Shown piece after piece: positions 25,051 to 40,437 of a stretch of DNA of 64,000 nucleotides. The stretch is from contig OZ024764.1 of the NCBI GenBank assembly GCA_964016885.1, positions 25,172,001 to 25,236,000 on the forward strand, given 5' to 3'. Numbering within the stretch: position 1 is the stretch's first letter; the number at the start of each line of letters is the position of its first letter. The position numbers were made by a program, and so were the translations under genes. Below the pieces are notes generated by a model. That model saw only the letters and a program-made list of their open reading frames with translations, was not told the origin of the DNA and ran no database searches. Origin of the DNA: Eledone cirrhosa (Eukaryota).

Positions 25051-28000
25051 TAGCAACTAACAGTGCTGCGATCGAATGTGGCTTTTTAGCCCAGCCAATG
25101 ATCTAAAATGTCTTGCACAGAGTCGGCAACCAAAGCATTCACTGGGAATAGTCGGCTGTGGTTGGAGTTCGTGTACTTTTGCATGTTGCTTGAGCCCTCC
25201 TGCTGATTTACATTCTCTACCACATGTTTGGCAAGCATGATGAGTAGCATCTCCAACAGCAGCCTGGTAGTCAACCACTGGTCTTACTTTATGACTGCGA
25301 AGATGACTTTCGAGTCCAGCTTTGCTTAGGCAGAGTCTCGCACAGACGCTGCATGTCAGAACCATAGGAGGACCCTCGCCGTCTGGAAGTGCAACAGCAA
25401 TGCCCTTCCTCACGTCCCGCTTTACTTTCTCGTGTGCGATTCGAGATGCCTCAAAGGCAACTTTTCCCTCATATACAGTCTTTCTCCATTTATTACGATC
25501 AGCAGCAATATTTTCCCATGTATCAGCAGAGATGTTAGCGTCTTTCAGAGAGGCTTTCAAGGAATCCTTATACCTCTTTTTTTGTTTATGTGGCGGTCGT
25601 TTTCCTTTAACCAACTCTCCATAGAAGAGTTGTTTTGGTATTCTAGAATCCTTCATCCTGGCAAGGTGACCACTCCAACAGAGTCGTTGCTTAAGCACAA
25701 GAGCTTCTATACTGTCACACGTAGAGCTTTCCAAAATATCGACATCACTGATGTGGTCCCTCCAGTGAACGCCATGGATCCGTCTGAGACACATCTGATG
25801 GAAACGCTCCAATTGCTTAAGGTGGCGTCGATATGTGACCCAGGTCTCGCAGGCATAAAGAAGACAAGAGAGTACACATGCCCTGTACACCTTTACCTTT
25901 GTCCTCCTGCATATGTCTCGCCGACCCCAGAGTCGCCTTTCTAGCTTTCCGAAAGCATCACTTGCTTTCCTAATCCTAAGTGAGATTTCACTGTCAAGGT
26001 TGCCGTATCGATTGACAGTGCTTCCCAGGTAGACAAACTGATCAACCACTCCAAGTCGTTTGCCATACACATAGATGTTTGGTTCAGTGTACTGCTTACT
26101 AGGGGCAGGTTGGTACATGACGACGGTTTTCTTGAGACTGACAGTCAATCCTAGGGCAGTGCAAGCGTCAGAAAATACATTCAAAATGTGCTGCATATCA
26201 CTCTCTGTGTGCGCTACAAGATCGCAATCATCTGCATACAAGAGGTCTCTTATGACTGATGTAAATACTTTTGTCTTCGCAGCAAAGCGCCTGATGTTAA
26301 ATATGCTGCCTGAGGTTCGATATCGGATGTAAACACCATGCTCGCAATTCCTGAATGCAATACAGAAAACCATTGCAAAGTATATGGCAAACAGGGTCGG
26401 TGCTGGAATATCCCCCTGTTTCACTCCATTTTTTACTGAGATAGGCTCCGACATGTTACCTCCGACATTAACCCAAGCCTTCATGTCGTCATGGAAAGAC
26501 CTAACTAAAGCAAGGAACTTATCAGGGCAACCAAGTTTCTGGAGAACCTTCCATAATGCATCTCTGTTGACAGTATCGAAAGCCTTTGTCAGATCGACAA
26601 AAACCTGATACAGATCCAAGCCCTGTTCAATGCACTTCTCCTGGAGCTGTCTAGCTGAGAAGATCATATCAGTAGTACCGCGTCCAGCACGAAAACCAGA
26701 TTGACTTTCAGGAAGGACACAATCTGCAATGTGTGTCAGCAGACGGTCCAGAAGCACCCTACATAGAACTTTCCCTACGACAGAAAGCAATGATATACCG
26801 CTGTAGTTCCCACAATCATTCCTGTTACCCTTTCCCTTGTACAAGACCACCATTACTGCATCTCTCCAGTCCTCAGGCACGGATTCATTAGCCCATATCC
26901 CTCCAAACAGAGAGTGAAGATGTTGTAGGAGTCTCTCACCACCATATTGTAGGAGCTCAGCATGTATGCCATCCATACCTGGAGATCTTCCACTGTTCAG
27001 CTTCGAAATAGCCACTGCAACCTCCACAAGCGTCGGAGGTTCTGCGAGAGCTACTTTCACAGGACTTTCTGGAATGAGATTGAGGAAATCTTCACTGACG
27101 ACAGACGGCTGATTCAAAAGATCATCAAAGTGCTCTCGCTACCTTCGTAGAATTCCCTGTGAGTCACGAAGAAGTTCTTTGCCATCCTTGCTGCGAATCG
27201 GTGTCACCAGAGAAGAAGATGGTCCATAAACCTCACGCAAGAGACTGTACAACAGCTTTGTGTTATTGCAATCAGACGCAGTTTGTATCTCACCAGCCTT
27301 CTCACTCCACCACTGATCCTTCATCTGAGAAAGACTCCGCCTAACACGTGATTTTACATCCCTGAGCTCCTCATGCAACGTATTCCTCTCCTGTGGTTTT
27401 GCCGTCAAGTAGCGTGACAGAGCACGCCTCTTATCAGCCAACAAGTCTTCTATATGTACATCATTCTCATTAAACCAGTCCTGATGTTTTATCTGCACCA
27501 ATCCCAGAACACGTCTGCCTACATCATAAACCGACTTTTTAAGGGTCGGCCAATCCTCACCAAGATCTGCAGCCTGCATCTCTTCTTCCAATGTCCTCTT
27601 CACATTTTTATCCTTAAGACGAGCAGCATTCAATCTTTTGGGCAGGGCAACACCAGGAGCCCGGATTTTACGTTTGGTGATTAGATTCACTTTTGCGCGT
27701 ACCAGGCGGTGGTCCGTCCAGCACTCAGCTCCACGAAGAACACGAACACACTGCACATCCTGTCTGTCACGCATCCTGACTAGGACGTAGTCCAAAAGAT
27801 GCCATTCCTTAGATGCAGGATGCATCCATGTGGTCTTGAATTTGTTCTTTTGTTGGAACATGGTGTTGGTAACACACAGATCCAGCTCCTCACACATCTG
27901 CAGCAAGAGCATACCATTGCTGTTACACTTTCCCACCCCATGCCTTCCGATTACATTCCATGTGTTAAAATCCCTACCCACTCTAGCATTAAAGTCACCA

Positions 28001-28639
28001 AGCACGATGACTTTGTCTGCCTGAGGGATATTTCTTAGAACACCTTTCAAGGCATGGTAAAAGGACAGTTTTTCTTCATCGACAGAATTCATAGTTGGAG
28101 CATACACACTCACCAGGGTAGCATATCTTCCCTTGTCCAGCGGAACTCTCATGGACATAAGACGCTCACTAATCCCTACTGGGAATTCTTCTAATTTATT
28201 CACCAGTACAGTCTTAACAGCAAATCCTACCCCAGCCTCTCTTCTGGTTCCTTCATCTCTTCCTTTCCAGAAGAATGTATATTCTCCACAAAATTCCGTA
28301 AGATGACCATCTCCAGCTAACCTCGTCTCAGATAAAGCCACGATGTCAAGATCGTAACGTCGAAGCTCCTTTGCAACAAGAGCGGTCCTTCGTTCAGGAC
28401 GCTCCAAAGAATCTCTGTCAAGCAGCGTCCGTACGTTCCAGCAGCCAAGACTAAATGCCCTGTTTGGCTCTATTACAATGGCACGATGACGGGCGGGCCC
28501 AGGTTGTGATAACTTGGGGCCCCTGCCCTTATTGCCAATGATCCTTTTTGTTCCAGAACCCAAATTGGCAATTATCTCGTTTACATTGTTCTGGAATATC
28601 ATTGAATTGGAAAAAAAAAAAAAAAAAAAAGTAATAATA

Positions 28640-28684
<45 letters not shown>

Positions 28685-28990
28685 GTACACTATTAATGAT
28701 TATTAATGCACTCGTGCAATGCCTGTGCGTGACGAATATTTTTAAAGTGAGGAAAGACTGTGCACTGAGCCAATCCCACTCTCCGAGCGACAGTAGCTAT
28801 AACCCGAAAAGAAGAAAAGATCAACATCATCGGTAACTACTGAGCCGCAGGTTTTATATCGGAGTTAACCCAGTTTCCTGAGATGCCTTCTCCTAGAAGA
28901 ATACCCTGACAAGGGCTAGGGGTTCTTCACTCCCAGTGGTTTAACTGCGCGATCGGGCATCCAGCCCGATTATTTCTATGTCCCCGCGCA
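25020..28990 (-). mobile_element. Near full-length RTE-clade (BovB-like) LINE
   Basis: APE (WNVRTL, LSETRL, YAPT, GDFNARVG, WTDH) and RT (DLTKAFD, GVKQG, LLYADD) in the same frame, separated by one TAG at 27139-27141; three C-terminal C2H2 fingers; (TG)n tail. Confidence 0.92.
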
Positions 28991-29657
28991 AAAAAAAAAA
29001 AAAAAAAAAATTACTTATTGACACTTATACGTACGACATACACACACACGCATACATATGCGCGCACACAGCAACACTCATACATACAACAAACACACAC
29101 ACACGCTACTCTACTCACTTACACACACACACACACATATATATATATATTACCGTCATTACTGATACAAGATTACAAGATTATGTCAACTGTTGACTTT
29201 CAAGAGTTTGTATAGTTGAAGCCGATCGTATTACAGTCCAGTATTATTATAATTGCTTTACAGCATAGAGTTATGGCTCTCCACGGAGTCAACAAAAGAG
29301 AGTACCAGTGATGCGCTGGGCCAGTCGCTGGATCCGTGCCAAAAGCAGAAAAATTATTATTAAAGTTGTTTTCTTAAGGCCAGGTCGCTGGTGATGGTGA
29401 TGGCGGCGGCGGTGGCGGTGGTGGTGGTGGTGGCAGTTGATGATGTTGTTGTGTTGTGTGTGTGTGTTTTGTTATTTTGAGTTGTTGTTTTTTTTCCCTT
29501 CCCCTTTTCTTTTTTCTTTTCCCTTCCTTTTTTTATGTTTTGATGCCGCTGTTGTTGTTGTACATACGTACATACGTACATACACACATACATACATACA
29601 TACATACATACATACATACATACATACATACATACATACATACATACATACATACAT

Positions 29658-31446
29658 AGGAATATGACTACAGTCTGGCTGGACTACAAGAAAGCTTTCG
29701 ATTCTGTTCCCCACTCTTGGATGATAGAGGCCCTCCAACTTGCTAAAGTCCCAGACATTATTGTCAGAGCCATAGAGAGGCTGTCTTCTTCTTGGGGAAA
29801 AACAACAACCCAATCTAGCAACATTGTCATCAATGGCCTAACTGTTTCACCGATATCTGATGAGGACTGCTACAGATACCTGGGGATAAATGAGAACATA
29901 TCCTATAATGGTATCTGTAATAAAGAACACGTAACCAGGGAATACTACACCCGATTAAGAAAGATCTGGTCATCGGAACTCTCTGCGCAAACAAAACAGT
30001 GGCTCACAATGTGTTTGCTGTGCCTGTCTTAACACCAACGTTTGGAATACTCAATTGGACGATAGACGAAATCCGAGCAGTTGATGTTGGAAATCGAAAA
30101 ACACTAAACAGCACAGGAAACTTCCACATCAACAGTGACATAGACCGCCTTTACTTGAAACGTAAGCAGGGAAGCAGAGGCCTTACATCAGTCCAGACAA
30201 CATTTGAATGTCGCATCATATCTCTCCGACAACATCTACGAACCTCGAAGCGTAGGAGCCCGCTTCTCGAGCAAGTCTATCTGTATGAAACAGATAAGAT
30301 CATGAGAGTTGGGAAGGAACTCCTTGAGAGATATTCCCTGTGTGATAATCAAAAACTCACACCCAGGGATGTCGCTCAGCAGTATCGCAGTGAATCCATG
30401 GATGAAAAACTGCATGCCTATCAGCAAAAAATCATGCATGGATATGTTGCCAGGAAGCTCCAGAGTGAGAGTAATATAGATAAGGAAAGTAGTCTATCTT
30501 GGATCAACAACCGCTATATTGGCTCCCACTTTGAAGGATACGCTTTTGCAATCCAGGAACAGGAGATTATCACGAAATACCTGATTCACAAAAGAGATAG
30601 GGATGCAAGCAAAACACCTAGATGTGATAACAAGTGCAGACTCTGCAGAACTAACATCGAGGATATCACCCATGTCATCAGCAGCTGTCCAAAGATGTCA
30701 TCGCGGTACTATCTACCTATGAAGCATGATGTAGTGGCCAAAACACTGTACAATGCAGTTCGTAAAAAAAGATAGCCCCGATAACAAACACATTAAAAGC
30801 TACAACAATGTGGAAGACATCCATGTACATAATATGAAAGAGTACTGGTGGAATGTTCCAGTAAAAACCCCAATAAAATGCAGGCATAACAGACCAGACA
30901 TTATGATATGGGACAGGGAGAAGAAAGCATGCACAGTAGTGGAAATTAGCTGCCCAGCAGGTGCCAATATAATATCAAAGATTAGTGAAAAGGAGAACAT
31001 TTATGCAGAACTGATGAGAAATCTGCAGATACTCCACCCTGATTACATTTTCAGATTTATGCCTGTGATTATTGGGGCACTGGGATATGTTAGTAACTGC
31101 CTCAATACAAATCTTGAGAAGCTACGCTTCACAGGAACAGAAAGAACACAACTAATTAGGAAATTACAAGTACAATCCATTAATGGAACAGTAAAAATAT
31201 GTAAAACATTCCAAAAATGTTGCATCTAATAACTGCATATACACATATACAGATGCAAAGCATATACACATGCACACATACAACTCAAAACATCCACATC
31301 CACACATACAATAACATCCATATCTACACATGCAGACATACATATCTACCTAGTTGATGTGTAAATTCCAATGAGAGAGTCTTGTGTCTGTTAGAAACCG
31401 ACTCTCTCTCTATTGGTAAAACTTTGTGAAATTATAAAACCAGAAG
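29658..31446 (+). mobile_element. 5'-truncated R4/Dong-clade non-LTR retrotransposon, internally deleted
   Basis: WLDYKKAFDSVPHSW, YRYLGI, DIDRLYLKRKQGSRGL, CRLC...HVISSC, HDVVAK, NRPDI...VVEISCP (RLE); RT core missing; flanked by (TACA)n. Confidence 0.85.
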
Positions 31447-31874
31447 AACATACATACATACATACATACATACATACATACATACATACATACATACATG
31501 CAAATACATATATATGTGTGTGTGTATGCATATATATATATGTGTGTGTGTATATATATTATATATACATATACACTCATACATACACATATACACAAAC
31601 CTATAAGTGGGTGTCACTGGACATTGTCCACAGAAATGCCTTTGCAGATTTGACTGTTGGGCACAGCCGAAACAACACTCAGACATAGGTGTAAATTCTG
31701 TCACCCCTTCCCCCTTTCTTCCATTATCTAATAGTCTTTGTTTTTCCCTCCTTTTCATATATGGCATTTATAGTTCTTTCCGATACTGCTTTCTTTTTCT
31801 CCAGATTTTATTGAACAACATTCCATATCTGTCAAGTAAATGCCTGGATTTTTGTATTTTTGTAAATTTGTTAA

Positions 31875-33170
31875 CCCTTTATCATTTAAACTGGCCAAAT
31901 CCGGTCACAATTCTCTAACCTCTTTCTGTTAAAACCAGCCATAACTATCTGCTCACACTTATGTTAAGGTATTGTTCTCAAAATAAATAACATCATAATC
32001 TCATAGATTCTATATTATGTGAGATATTATGTGAGGTAAAGCCTTTACTGTGACAATACAATAGTATATATAGAGTAATGTAAATGTTATGTGAGATGTT
32101 ATGTGAGGTAAAGCCTTTACTGTGACAATACAATAGTATATATAGAGTAATGTAAATGTTATGTGAGATATTATGTGAGGTAAAGCCTTTACTGTGACAA
32201 TACAATAGTATATATAGAGTAATGTAAATGTCATGTGAGATATTATGTGAGGTAAAGCCTTTACTGTGACAATACATTAGTATATATAGAGTAATGTAAA
32301 TGTTATGTGAGATATTATGTGAGGTAAAGCCTTTACTGTGACAATACATTAGTATATATAGAGTAATGTAAATGTTATGTGAGATATTATGTGAGGTAAA
32401 GCCTTTACTGTGAAAATACAATAGTATATGTAGAGTAATGTAAATGTTATGTGAGATATTATGTGAGGTAAAACCTTTACTGTGAAAATACAATAGTATA
32501 TATAGAGTAATGTAAATGTTATGTGAGATATTATGTGAGGTAAAGCCTTTACTGTGAAAATACAATAGTATATATAGAGTAATGTAAATGTTATGTGAGA
32601 TATTATGTGAGGTAAAGCCTTTACTGTGACAATACAATAGTATATATAGAGTAATGTAAATGTTATGTGAGATATTATGTGAAGTAAAGCCTTTACTGTG
32701 ACAATACAATAGTATATATAGAGTAATGTAAATGTTATATGAGGTATTATGTGAGGTAAAGCCTTTACTGTGAAAATACAATAGTATATATAGAGTAATG
32801 TAAATGTTATGTGAGGTATTATGTGAGGTAAAGCCTTTACTGTGAAAATACAATAGTATATATAGAGTATTATAAATGTTATGTGAGATATTATGTGAGG
32901 TAAAGCCTTTACCATAATACAATAGTATAAATAGAGTAATGTAAATGTTATGTGAGATATTATGTGAGGTAAAGCCTTTACTGTGAAAATACAATAGTAT
33001 ATATAGAGTAATGTAAATGTTATGTGAGGTATTATGTGAGGTAAAGCCTTTATTGTGAAAATACAATAGTATATATAGAGTATTATAAATGTTATGTGAG
33101 ATATTATGTGAGGTAAAGCCTTTACCTTAAAATACAATAGTATATATAGAGTAATGTATATGTTAAAGGG
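31875..33170. mobile_element. TTAA MITE copy 2 containing ~16 units of the 72-bp satellite (about 32012-33160)
   Basis: ttaa-CCCTTTATCATTT ... ATGTTAAAGGG-ttaa; TTAA on both sides. Confidence 0.88.
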
Positions 33171-33231
33171 TTAAATAAAGATAAAATAACCAATATCTAT
33201 AAGAAACTAATGTTTTAACTCTCTATTTCAG

Positions 33232-33410
33232 GAAGCAAATTGGAATCACTGAAATCCTTACTCAGTTACATTCTGATTCGTATCCATTTGGACGAGCATA
33301 CAAGCCATAGCAATATTTTAGATAAATATTTACATCTCACTGGTCAGTTGCCTTGGACTAAGTACCAAATACAGGAAGATACAAGCATGACTGGCAAAGT
33401 TTATATCAAC
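33232..33410 (+). CDS. M13 peptidase-like gene, exon 3
   Basis: tttcag|...|gtaagt; SKLESLKSLLSYILIRIHLDEHTSHSNILDKYLHLTGQLPWTKYQIQEDTSMTGKVYIN; phase 1-0, open frame. Confidence 0.78.
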
Positions 33411-33753
33411 GTAAGTAATTCTTTTTTTATAAGGTGGTAAATTGGCTGAGTCCTTAGGACATTGGAGGAACTAAATATACAGCTGGCACACTTGGGACCC
33501 TCATTGTGGGGACTGTTGAACACATACCAACCCACATACAGCGTTATGTGCTTTTTAAATGTTCCATCAGCAACACAGAAGTGTTCATGAGAATGTATGT
33601 GGTCTATAAGATGGAGTTTGAATAACCTTGGTTTTCCTTTTGTATTGATTATATGTGTGTGTGTCAAGTATTTCCATAGAAAAAGTAAAAGAAAGAGTGC
33701 TCAATCTATTGTACAGAGCTATTTAATTATATAGTATGATTATATCAATTGAT

Positions 33754-33834
33754 AATTATTTTGTCTGACGAACGAGCTAGATGTTTCTTACAAGGGTCAT
33801 CTAGTTTCTTGAAACCTTCAGTAATGAAATAATT
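33754..33834 (+). ncRNA. Type I HHR
   Basis: aattattttgt CTGACGA [gagctagatg/catctagttt stem II] GAAA ccttcag TA atgaaataatt; weak stem III. Confidence 0.7.
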
Positions 33835-33866
33835 ATATTGTGTTGTTTATTATGTAAAACAAAAAA

Positions 33867-33936
<70 letters not shown>

Positions 33937-33944
33937 GTGGATGA

Positions 33945-35695
33945 GTAAGAAATAGGAGAACAGACTGTTACATGTTTATTTAAAATAGCACCTACGTACG
34001 TTTCGCCCGGATGGGCTTCTCAAGGGCATAAATAACTAAAAAGTGTTCCTTACATGGCCCAGAAATTGTTTTTGGAGATAAGTTCACATCAGAGTTCATT
34101 CTTCGCAAAAAAGCGTGTTTTGATTTTGCAGTAAGTCAAGGGAGGTAACTCTGGCCGGTGTTAGGGCAGTCTTTCCAGGACAATTTTTTTTATCCGTTAC
34201 AAGATATGGTTACAACCTTACCATTGTCGATACGCACAGGGTCAGGTATACAACGTTTGTTTGCTGCACCTGCCCGCCTGGGTCATTTGAAGCCGAGTCT
34301 GAGACGCATGGTTAGTTTCCGGATGTTTTTTGCAGCGCCTGCCCGCCGGGGTGTTAAAGCCTGTTGCAGGGAGACCCGGTATACGGTTGGTTTCTCTCCT
34401 CGTCCTTATCCCATCTGAAGAAGGATATTTTAAGCGATGTGTACAGCTTATCGTCGTTTCAGCTCTGCTGTTGATGAGCTCGTGGGGTGCCGTTATGATG
34501 TGGTAGAGCTCCATGAGGCAAAGATCGCACTTCCTCTTGGAGTTGTACGGTGCAGCCCTGCCTACAATTTCCCAGTGCGTGGAGAAGCTGATGTTTAAGT
34601 CATTTAATGATGTGATGTAGTTCGCGAGCGAAGTGGAGTGTCTTAATTTCTTATTTGTGAAAGAGTGGAGATGTGTTCGAAATCTAATTCGAATGGGCCA
34701 GAGGTAGCCTCTATATAATGTTTAACGCTATTGTGGCTAGTTTCAGTGCACCTATATATAACCCTATCAGTCAAGCAGTATCCCCTAAGGGGGTAGCGTC
34801 CCCTGTCGCGGCAGTTTCAATTTCGGTCGCGGTCCCTTCTAATTCCCCCGGTAAGGCTATCATTATTGCTATCTACGTTGTTACCTATGCTCCCGCACCT
34901 GTCGCTAGCACAATTATAACCCACAGTGCACGGGGTGGTACCATTATTATTCCGCACGTCATGTCCTGCATATTCCCCAGTCATGTCTCGGTTATGCTGG
35001 ATGCGTCTGTAGAGGCTGTTGCCAGCACTATTGGATGCTGCTAGGGAGCCGTTAAGGCCGATATAGTTATTGTCAGGTGTAGGTGCGATTACGTGTCCTT
35101 GTACGTTTGCTACGGGTAGTGTCATCAGGGTGACCGTTCTTATGCATGTTAATGCGCTGTAGCCCGTTACGTGCCCCCTTCACTTTATGCTCGGGTGCAC
35201 TCTTCTTCCTTCTGCTACGTTTATGTACAGGAAGATGTTGGTTGGAAGGCGTTGGTAGTAGGCCGTCGCCTTTGTTGATTTTATAGTAGGGGAATAATTC
35301 AAGAAGTGGTCACTGTCACCGGGGTCGTGATCTTTATTGTGTGGTAAGTTACCTATACCATCGCCAGTGTAATTAACGTTGCGGCCGTGTTCCTTAGTGC
35401 GATTATCTATACTATTACATCCGACTCCTTCGAAGTCACCGCGTGATCGGTTATAGGTATGGCTTACTATAACGTTAGTCTTATGAGGGGGGGGGGTTAT
35501 TGGAGCTAGCGTTAGGGATGTAGGAAATTCCTCGGTTAAAGCCAGTGCTTATCAAGGCCTTATTGTAGTAATCTGCCGCTTGGTTGAAGATATCCTCATT
35601 GGCGGAGAGCCTCGAGATCCTATGTGAGATGCTATAGACTATGGAGTTGAGAATCTGCTTAGGGTGGTTGGGGGCATAATTAATATACTAACTCA
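33945..35695 (-). mobile_element. Penelope-like element fragment (RT thumb, GIY-YIG C-terminus, 3' HHR, AATAAA)
   Basis: minus-strand NHPKQILNSIVYSISHRISRLSANEDIFNQAADYYNKAL (near 35550-35680) and HWEIVGRAAPYNSKRKCDLCLME (near 34510-34580). Confidence 0.8.
33988..34028 (-). ncRNA. Type I HHR, U3:A8 core variant, at the PLE 3' end
   Basis: gccc TTGAGAA gccc-atcc-gggc GAAA cgtacg TA ggtgc, followed by AATAAA. Confidence 0.65.
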
Positions 35696-36524
35696 TTTAT
35701 ACTAACTCGTTTATACAGAGAGTCAGATGGAAGGCCTACTACCTGGATAAGAAAGGTACACGAACATTTTTCACCGGCTTGACCTCTTTTCATCCCCAAA
35801 GTAATCTTTTCATTCAAAGTAATCTTTCCATTCAAAACTGAAGTCTGCATTCCTCTACCCCTAAATTAAATTTCTACTACTACTATTCTATCAACTTGAC
35901 CACTTACTACTTTTCTATTGGTCAATTCAAAACCTGTTCCCAAACAGACCTATTATATTAAATCTTTGTTGGTTTTTTTCAATAAACAAATATCATTATT
36001 TCTGTTCATCCTTATGGGGTCGATAAAATAAAGTACCAGTAATGTACTGCGTAATTGCTGGCCTTGTGCCTAAAGTAGAGACAATTATTTCTGAAGACAG
36101 CATATATATGTGTAGGTATGTATATTCCCTCTGATAGTTTGTAAAATTTTTACATAGATCTATATGATATACATACCAACACACACATATATATCCTAGA
36201 AACGATCGTAAAATGATGAATTTTTTAATATAAGGAACTGTTTCTTTGTTTTTATTCATTGTTTTTATTAATTTATCTTGACTCTGTTTTCCTGTGATTT
36301 TCATCGAAAAAAATTTTGAATACATCTTCTCTTTTCATGATATTTGGATTACATTGAGTTCTTCATACGGATTGGACACTACCGTATATTTTGGTAGATT
36401 TATCTATATATATATATATACATGTATGAATGAAGTAATTCCGTCGGAAAAGTCCAGGAAAAAAGAGTGTTCTATGTAGGTAACAGAGCTTAATAGTTAT
36501 GTAATAAACAACATAAGGCAATTA

Positions 36525-36580
36525 TTCCATTTACCAGTGGTTTCTTAAAAACCATTTTGCTTTCAATCATCAGAATGAAA
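36525..36580 (-). ncRNA. Type I HHR (CCACUGG family)
   Basis: tttcatt CTGATGA ttgaaagc-aaaatg-gtttttaa GAAA ccactgg TA aatggaa. Confidence 0.78.
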
Positions 36581-36755
36581 AAATCCTGGTCTGTTTATTG
36601 AACTCCTTTCCTGCTCTTTACTTCTACTACGGTTTTTTACCTGCTGAATCCACGTTCTGTACTCTTGTATTCTTTTTCTCCCTTATCTCCCCTTATATTT
36701 CACCTTTTCCTATGTCTTTTTCCCTTACCCTTCACATACCAAAATGTATGTGTGT

Positions 36756-36855
<100 letters not shown>

Positions 36856-36874
36856 GTAGATAGACCAAGTTTTT

Positions 36875-36933
36875 TTCATTCTGATGATTGAAGGCAAAAT
36901 CTTTTGCTTTTAAGAAACCATTGGTGAATGGAA
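36875..36933 (+). ncRNA. HHR copy with non-cleavable GUG triplet
   Basis: CTGATGA...GAAA ccattgg TG aatggaa. Confidence 0.6.
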
Positions 36934-37027
36934 TAATTGCCTTGTTGTTTATTACATTACTATATATATGTATATGTATATTTTGGAGTTATATAAGGTT
37001 CATATGAATTATCTAAGATTGAGTTTT

Positions 37028-37125
<98 letters not shown>

Positions 37126-37587
37126 TATCACATACATAAAATTAAATTAAATTAAATCAATGATACATATATGTGTTGCAACTGTTCACTTTTAAGCTCA
37201 ATGAAGAATTAATAAGTTAAAATCAAAAAATCAGAGCATTATATCATAAAACGTGTCTATAGAATCAATCAGATATTAAAATATATACTATTTCTTCCTC
37301 TAATCAGCATAATTAACCATATACATAATCAAATCCAGCAAGCTTTAAGAGTAAATTTTCTAACGGGGAAATCTCCGACAAATAACTGACCGCAGCTAGT
37401 TCGCGTTAACTCCGTTCCATTATTTATCAAACACTTCGGCAGCATGCAGAATCCGATCAAACATATCGTCAACCGCACGTAATTAGTAGTAAAATTAAAC
37501 TTAGAAGAAATGCGCACATAATTATGCTGATTAGAGGAAGAAATAGTATATATTTTAATATCTGATTGATTCTATAGACACGTTTTA

Positions 37588-38480
<893 letters not shown>

Positions 38481-38584
38481 TTTTTATTTTATTTTTCCTT
38501 TCCTTCTTCTTTCTCCAGCCTCACTTTCATGTAGATTGCATTTTTGTTTTTAAAATCCAAATTCAATAAACAGACCAGGATTTT

Positions 38585-38643
38585 TTCATTCTGATGATTG
38601 AAAGCAAAATCTTTTGCTTTTAAGAAACCACTGGTAAATGGAA
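38585..38643 (+). ncRNA. Type I HHR (CCACUGG family)
   Basis: ttcatt CTGATGA ttgaaagcaaaa-tc-ttttgcttttaa GAAA ccactgg TA aatgga. Confidence 0.82.
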
Positions 38644-38703
38644 TAATTGCCTTATGTTGTTTATTACATAAATATATATATATATATAGTTTTAATATAG
38701 ATG

Positions 38704-38754
38704 AGATTCTACAGGACTAGAACTGTTTCATTCTTTAGAAATCATCAGGAATCT
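38704..38754 (-). ncRNA. Type I HHR
   Basis: agattc CTGATGA tttctaaagaat GAAA cag-ttctagtc-ctg TA gaatct. Confidence 0.78.
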
Positions 38755-39251
38755 GGGTATCAAAAAATAAATATGGTATTTATAGGTCTCTTCAGGTGAT
38801 AGGAGAGGGTAGGGAGTGGGATGGGTAGAGGTCATTGGTTGATAGAAAAGGGAATTCATTAAAAGCTAATTCTTTAAAGCTATAATTTATATTTAGAGTA
38901 ACAAAGGCAGAAAGAATTCTATAAACAAGTTCAGAATAGGGGGCCACTCCTTATTTTTAAGTTTCTCTGAAGCTAACAATACCTAGATTTCAGGTGTCTA
39001 TAAGATCTTTGGGGGTCAGTCGTGGTTGATGGATTTAAAGAAAAGGGAAATTCTTTAAAAGCTAATTCTTTAAGGTTCTACTTAGTGACAAAGGCCTAGA
39101 CAATTCTATAGACCAGTTCAAAATATTGAGTGCATATCATACGATTATCTTCAAATTTCTCTTAAACTATATTCCAAAAGTCAACAGACGCATTCACAAA
39201 CACACACACACTCACACACATACTCGTGCGCGCGCACCCACACACACATAC

Positions 39252-39316
<65 letters not shown>

Positions 39317-39377
39317 TATATATATACACATATATATACTCACACACACATATATATATATACATATATATACACAG

Positions 39378-39408
<31 letters not shown>

Positions 39409-39674
39409 AACGGAAAAAATGAAACGATATTTCATTTCCCACTCTTAGTACGGCTGTTACTTAAATATAAGTATGTACACGTACATACATATATGTATAC
39501 CGACGTACAGTAGTATGTATATATATATATACATACATGCACACATATATATATGCACGTATGGATTCACCGAACATTTATTATAATGCTCGGTGTGTTT
39601 GTAAACAAACATCCCGTATTAAGCCGTAGTGTCTAGCAACCACCGTTGCTCGTTTGTTCAACACTGACAAAGGA

Positions 39675-39717
39675 ACGCTGTACTAGTTTCAAGCTTGTTA
39701 GCTATCGTCAGCAACGT
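39675..39717 (-). ncRNA. Minimal type I HHR (CUAG family)
   Basis: acgttg CTGACGA tagctaacaagctt GAAA ctag TA cagcgt. Confidence 0.85.
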
Positions 39718-40040
39718 ATACCTTCCTGCCAGATTGTTGAACGTATATACTTACCTTATGCATATTAACGGCTGAGTAGCCCAATTTGCATATCGAGTGG
39801 GTTAATCGGCCGGGTGCACCGAAAACGATAAACGGAAAAAATGAAACGATATTTCATTTCCCACTCTTAGTACGGCTGTTACTTAAATATAAGTATGTAC
39901 ACGTACATACATATATGTATACCGACGTACAGTAGTATGTATATATATATACATATATATATACATATATATATACACATACGCACATGTACACATATAC
40001 ACACACATATATATATATATACATATATATACATATATAT

Positions 40041-40081
<41 letters not shown>

Positions 40082-40258
40082 TTTATATATATATACACAC
40101 ATACACACACACACATATATATATATATATACACACACATACACACACCTATACATACATATACATACATATACATACATACACATATACATACATACAT
40201 ATACACACACATATATATATATACACATATATACAGATATACACGTATGCATATATAC

Positions 40259-40307
<49 letters not shown>

Positions 40308-40325
40308 CATATACATACATATACA

Positions 40326-40437
<112 letters not shown>

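Noticed and set aside
29190-29345. HDV-like ribozyme candidate (ctc-tccacg-gag) near the RTE 5' end
   Set aside because: P1.1, P4 and the catalytic C context cannot be assigned, and it is on the opposite strand to the RTE
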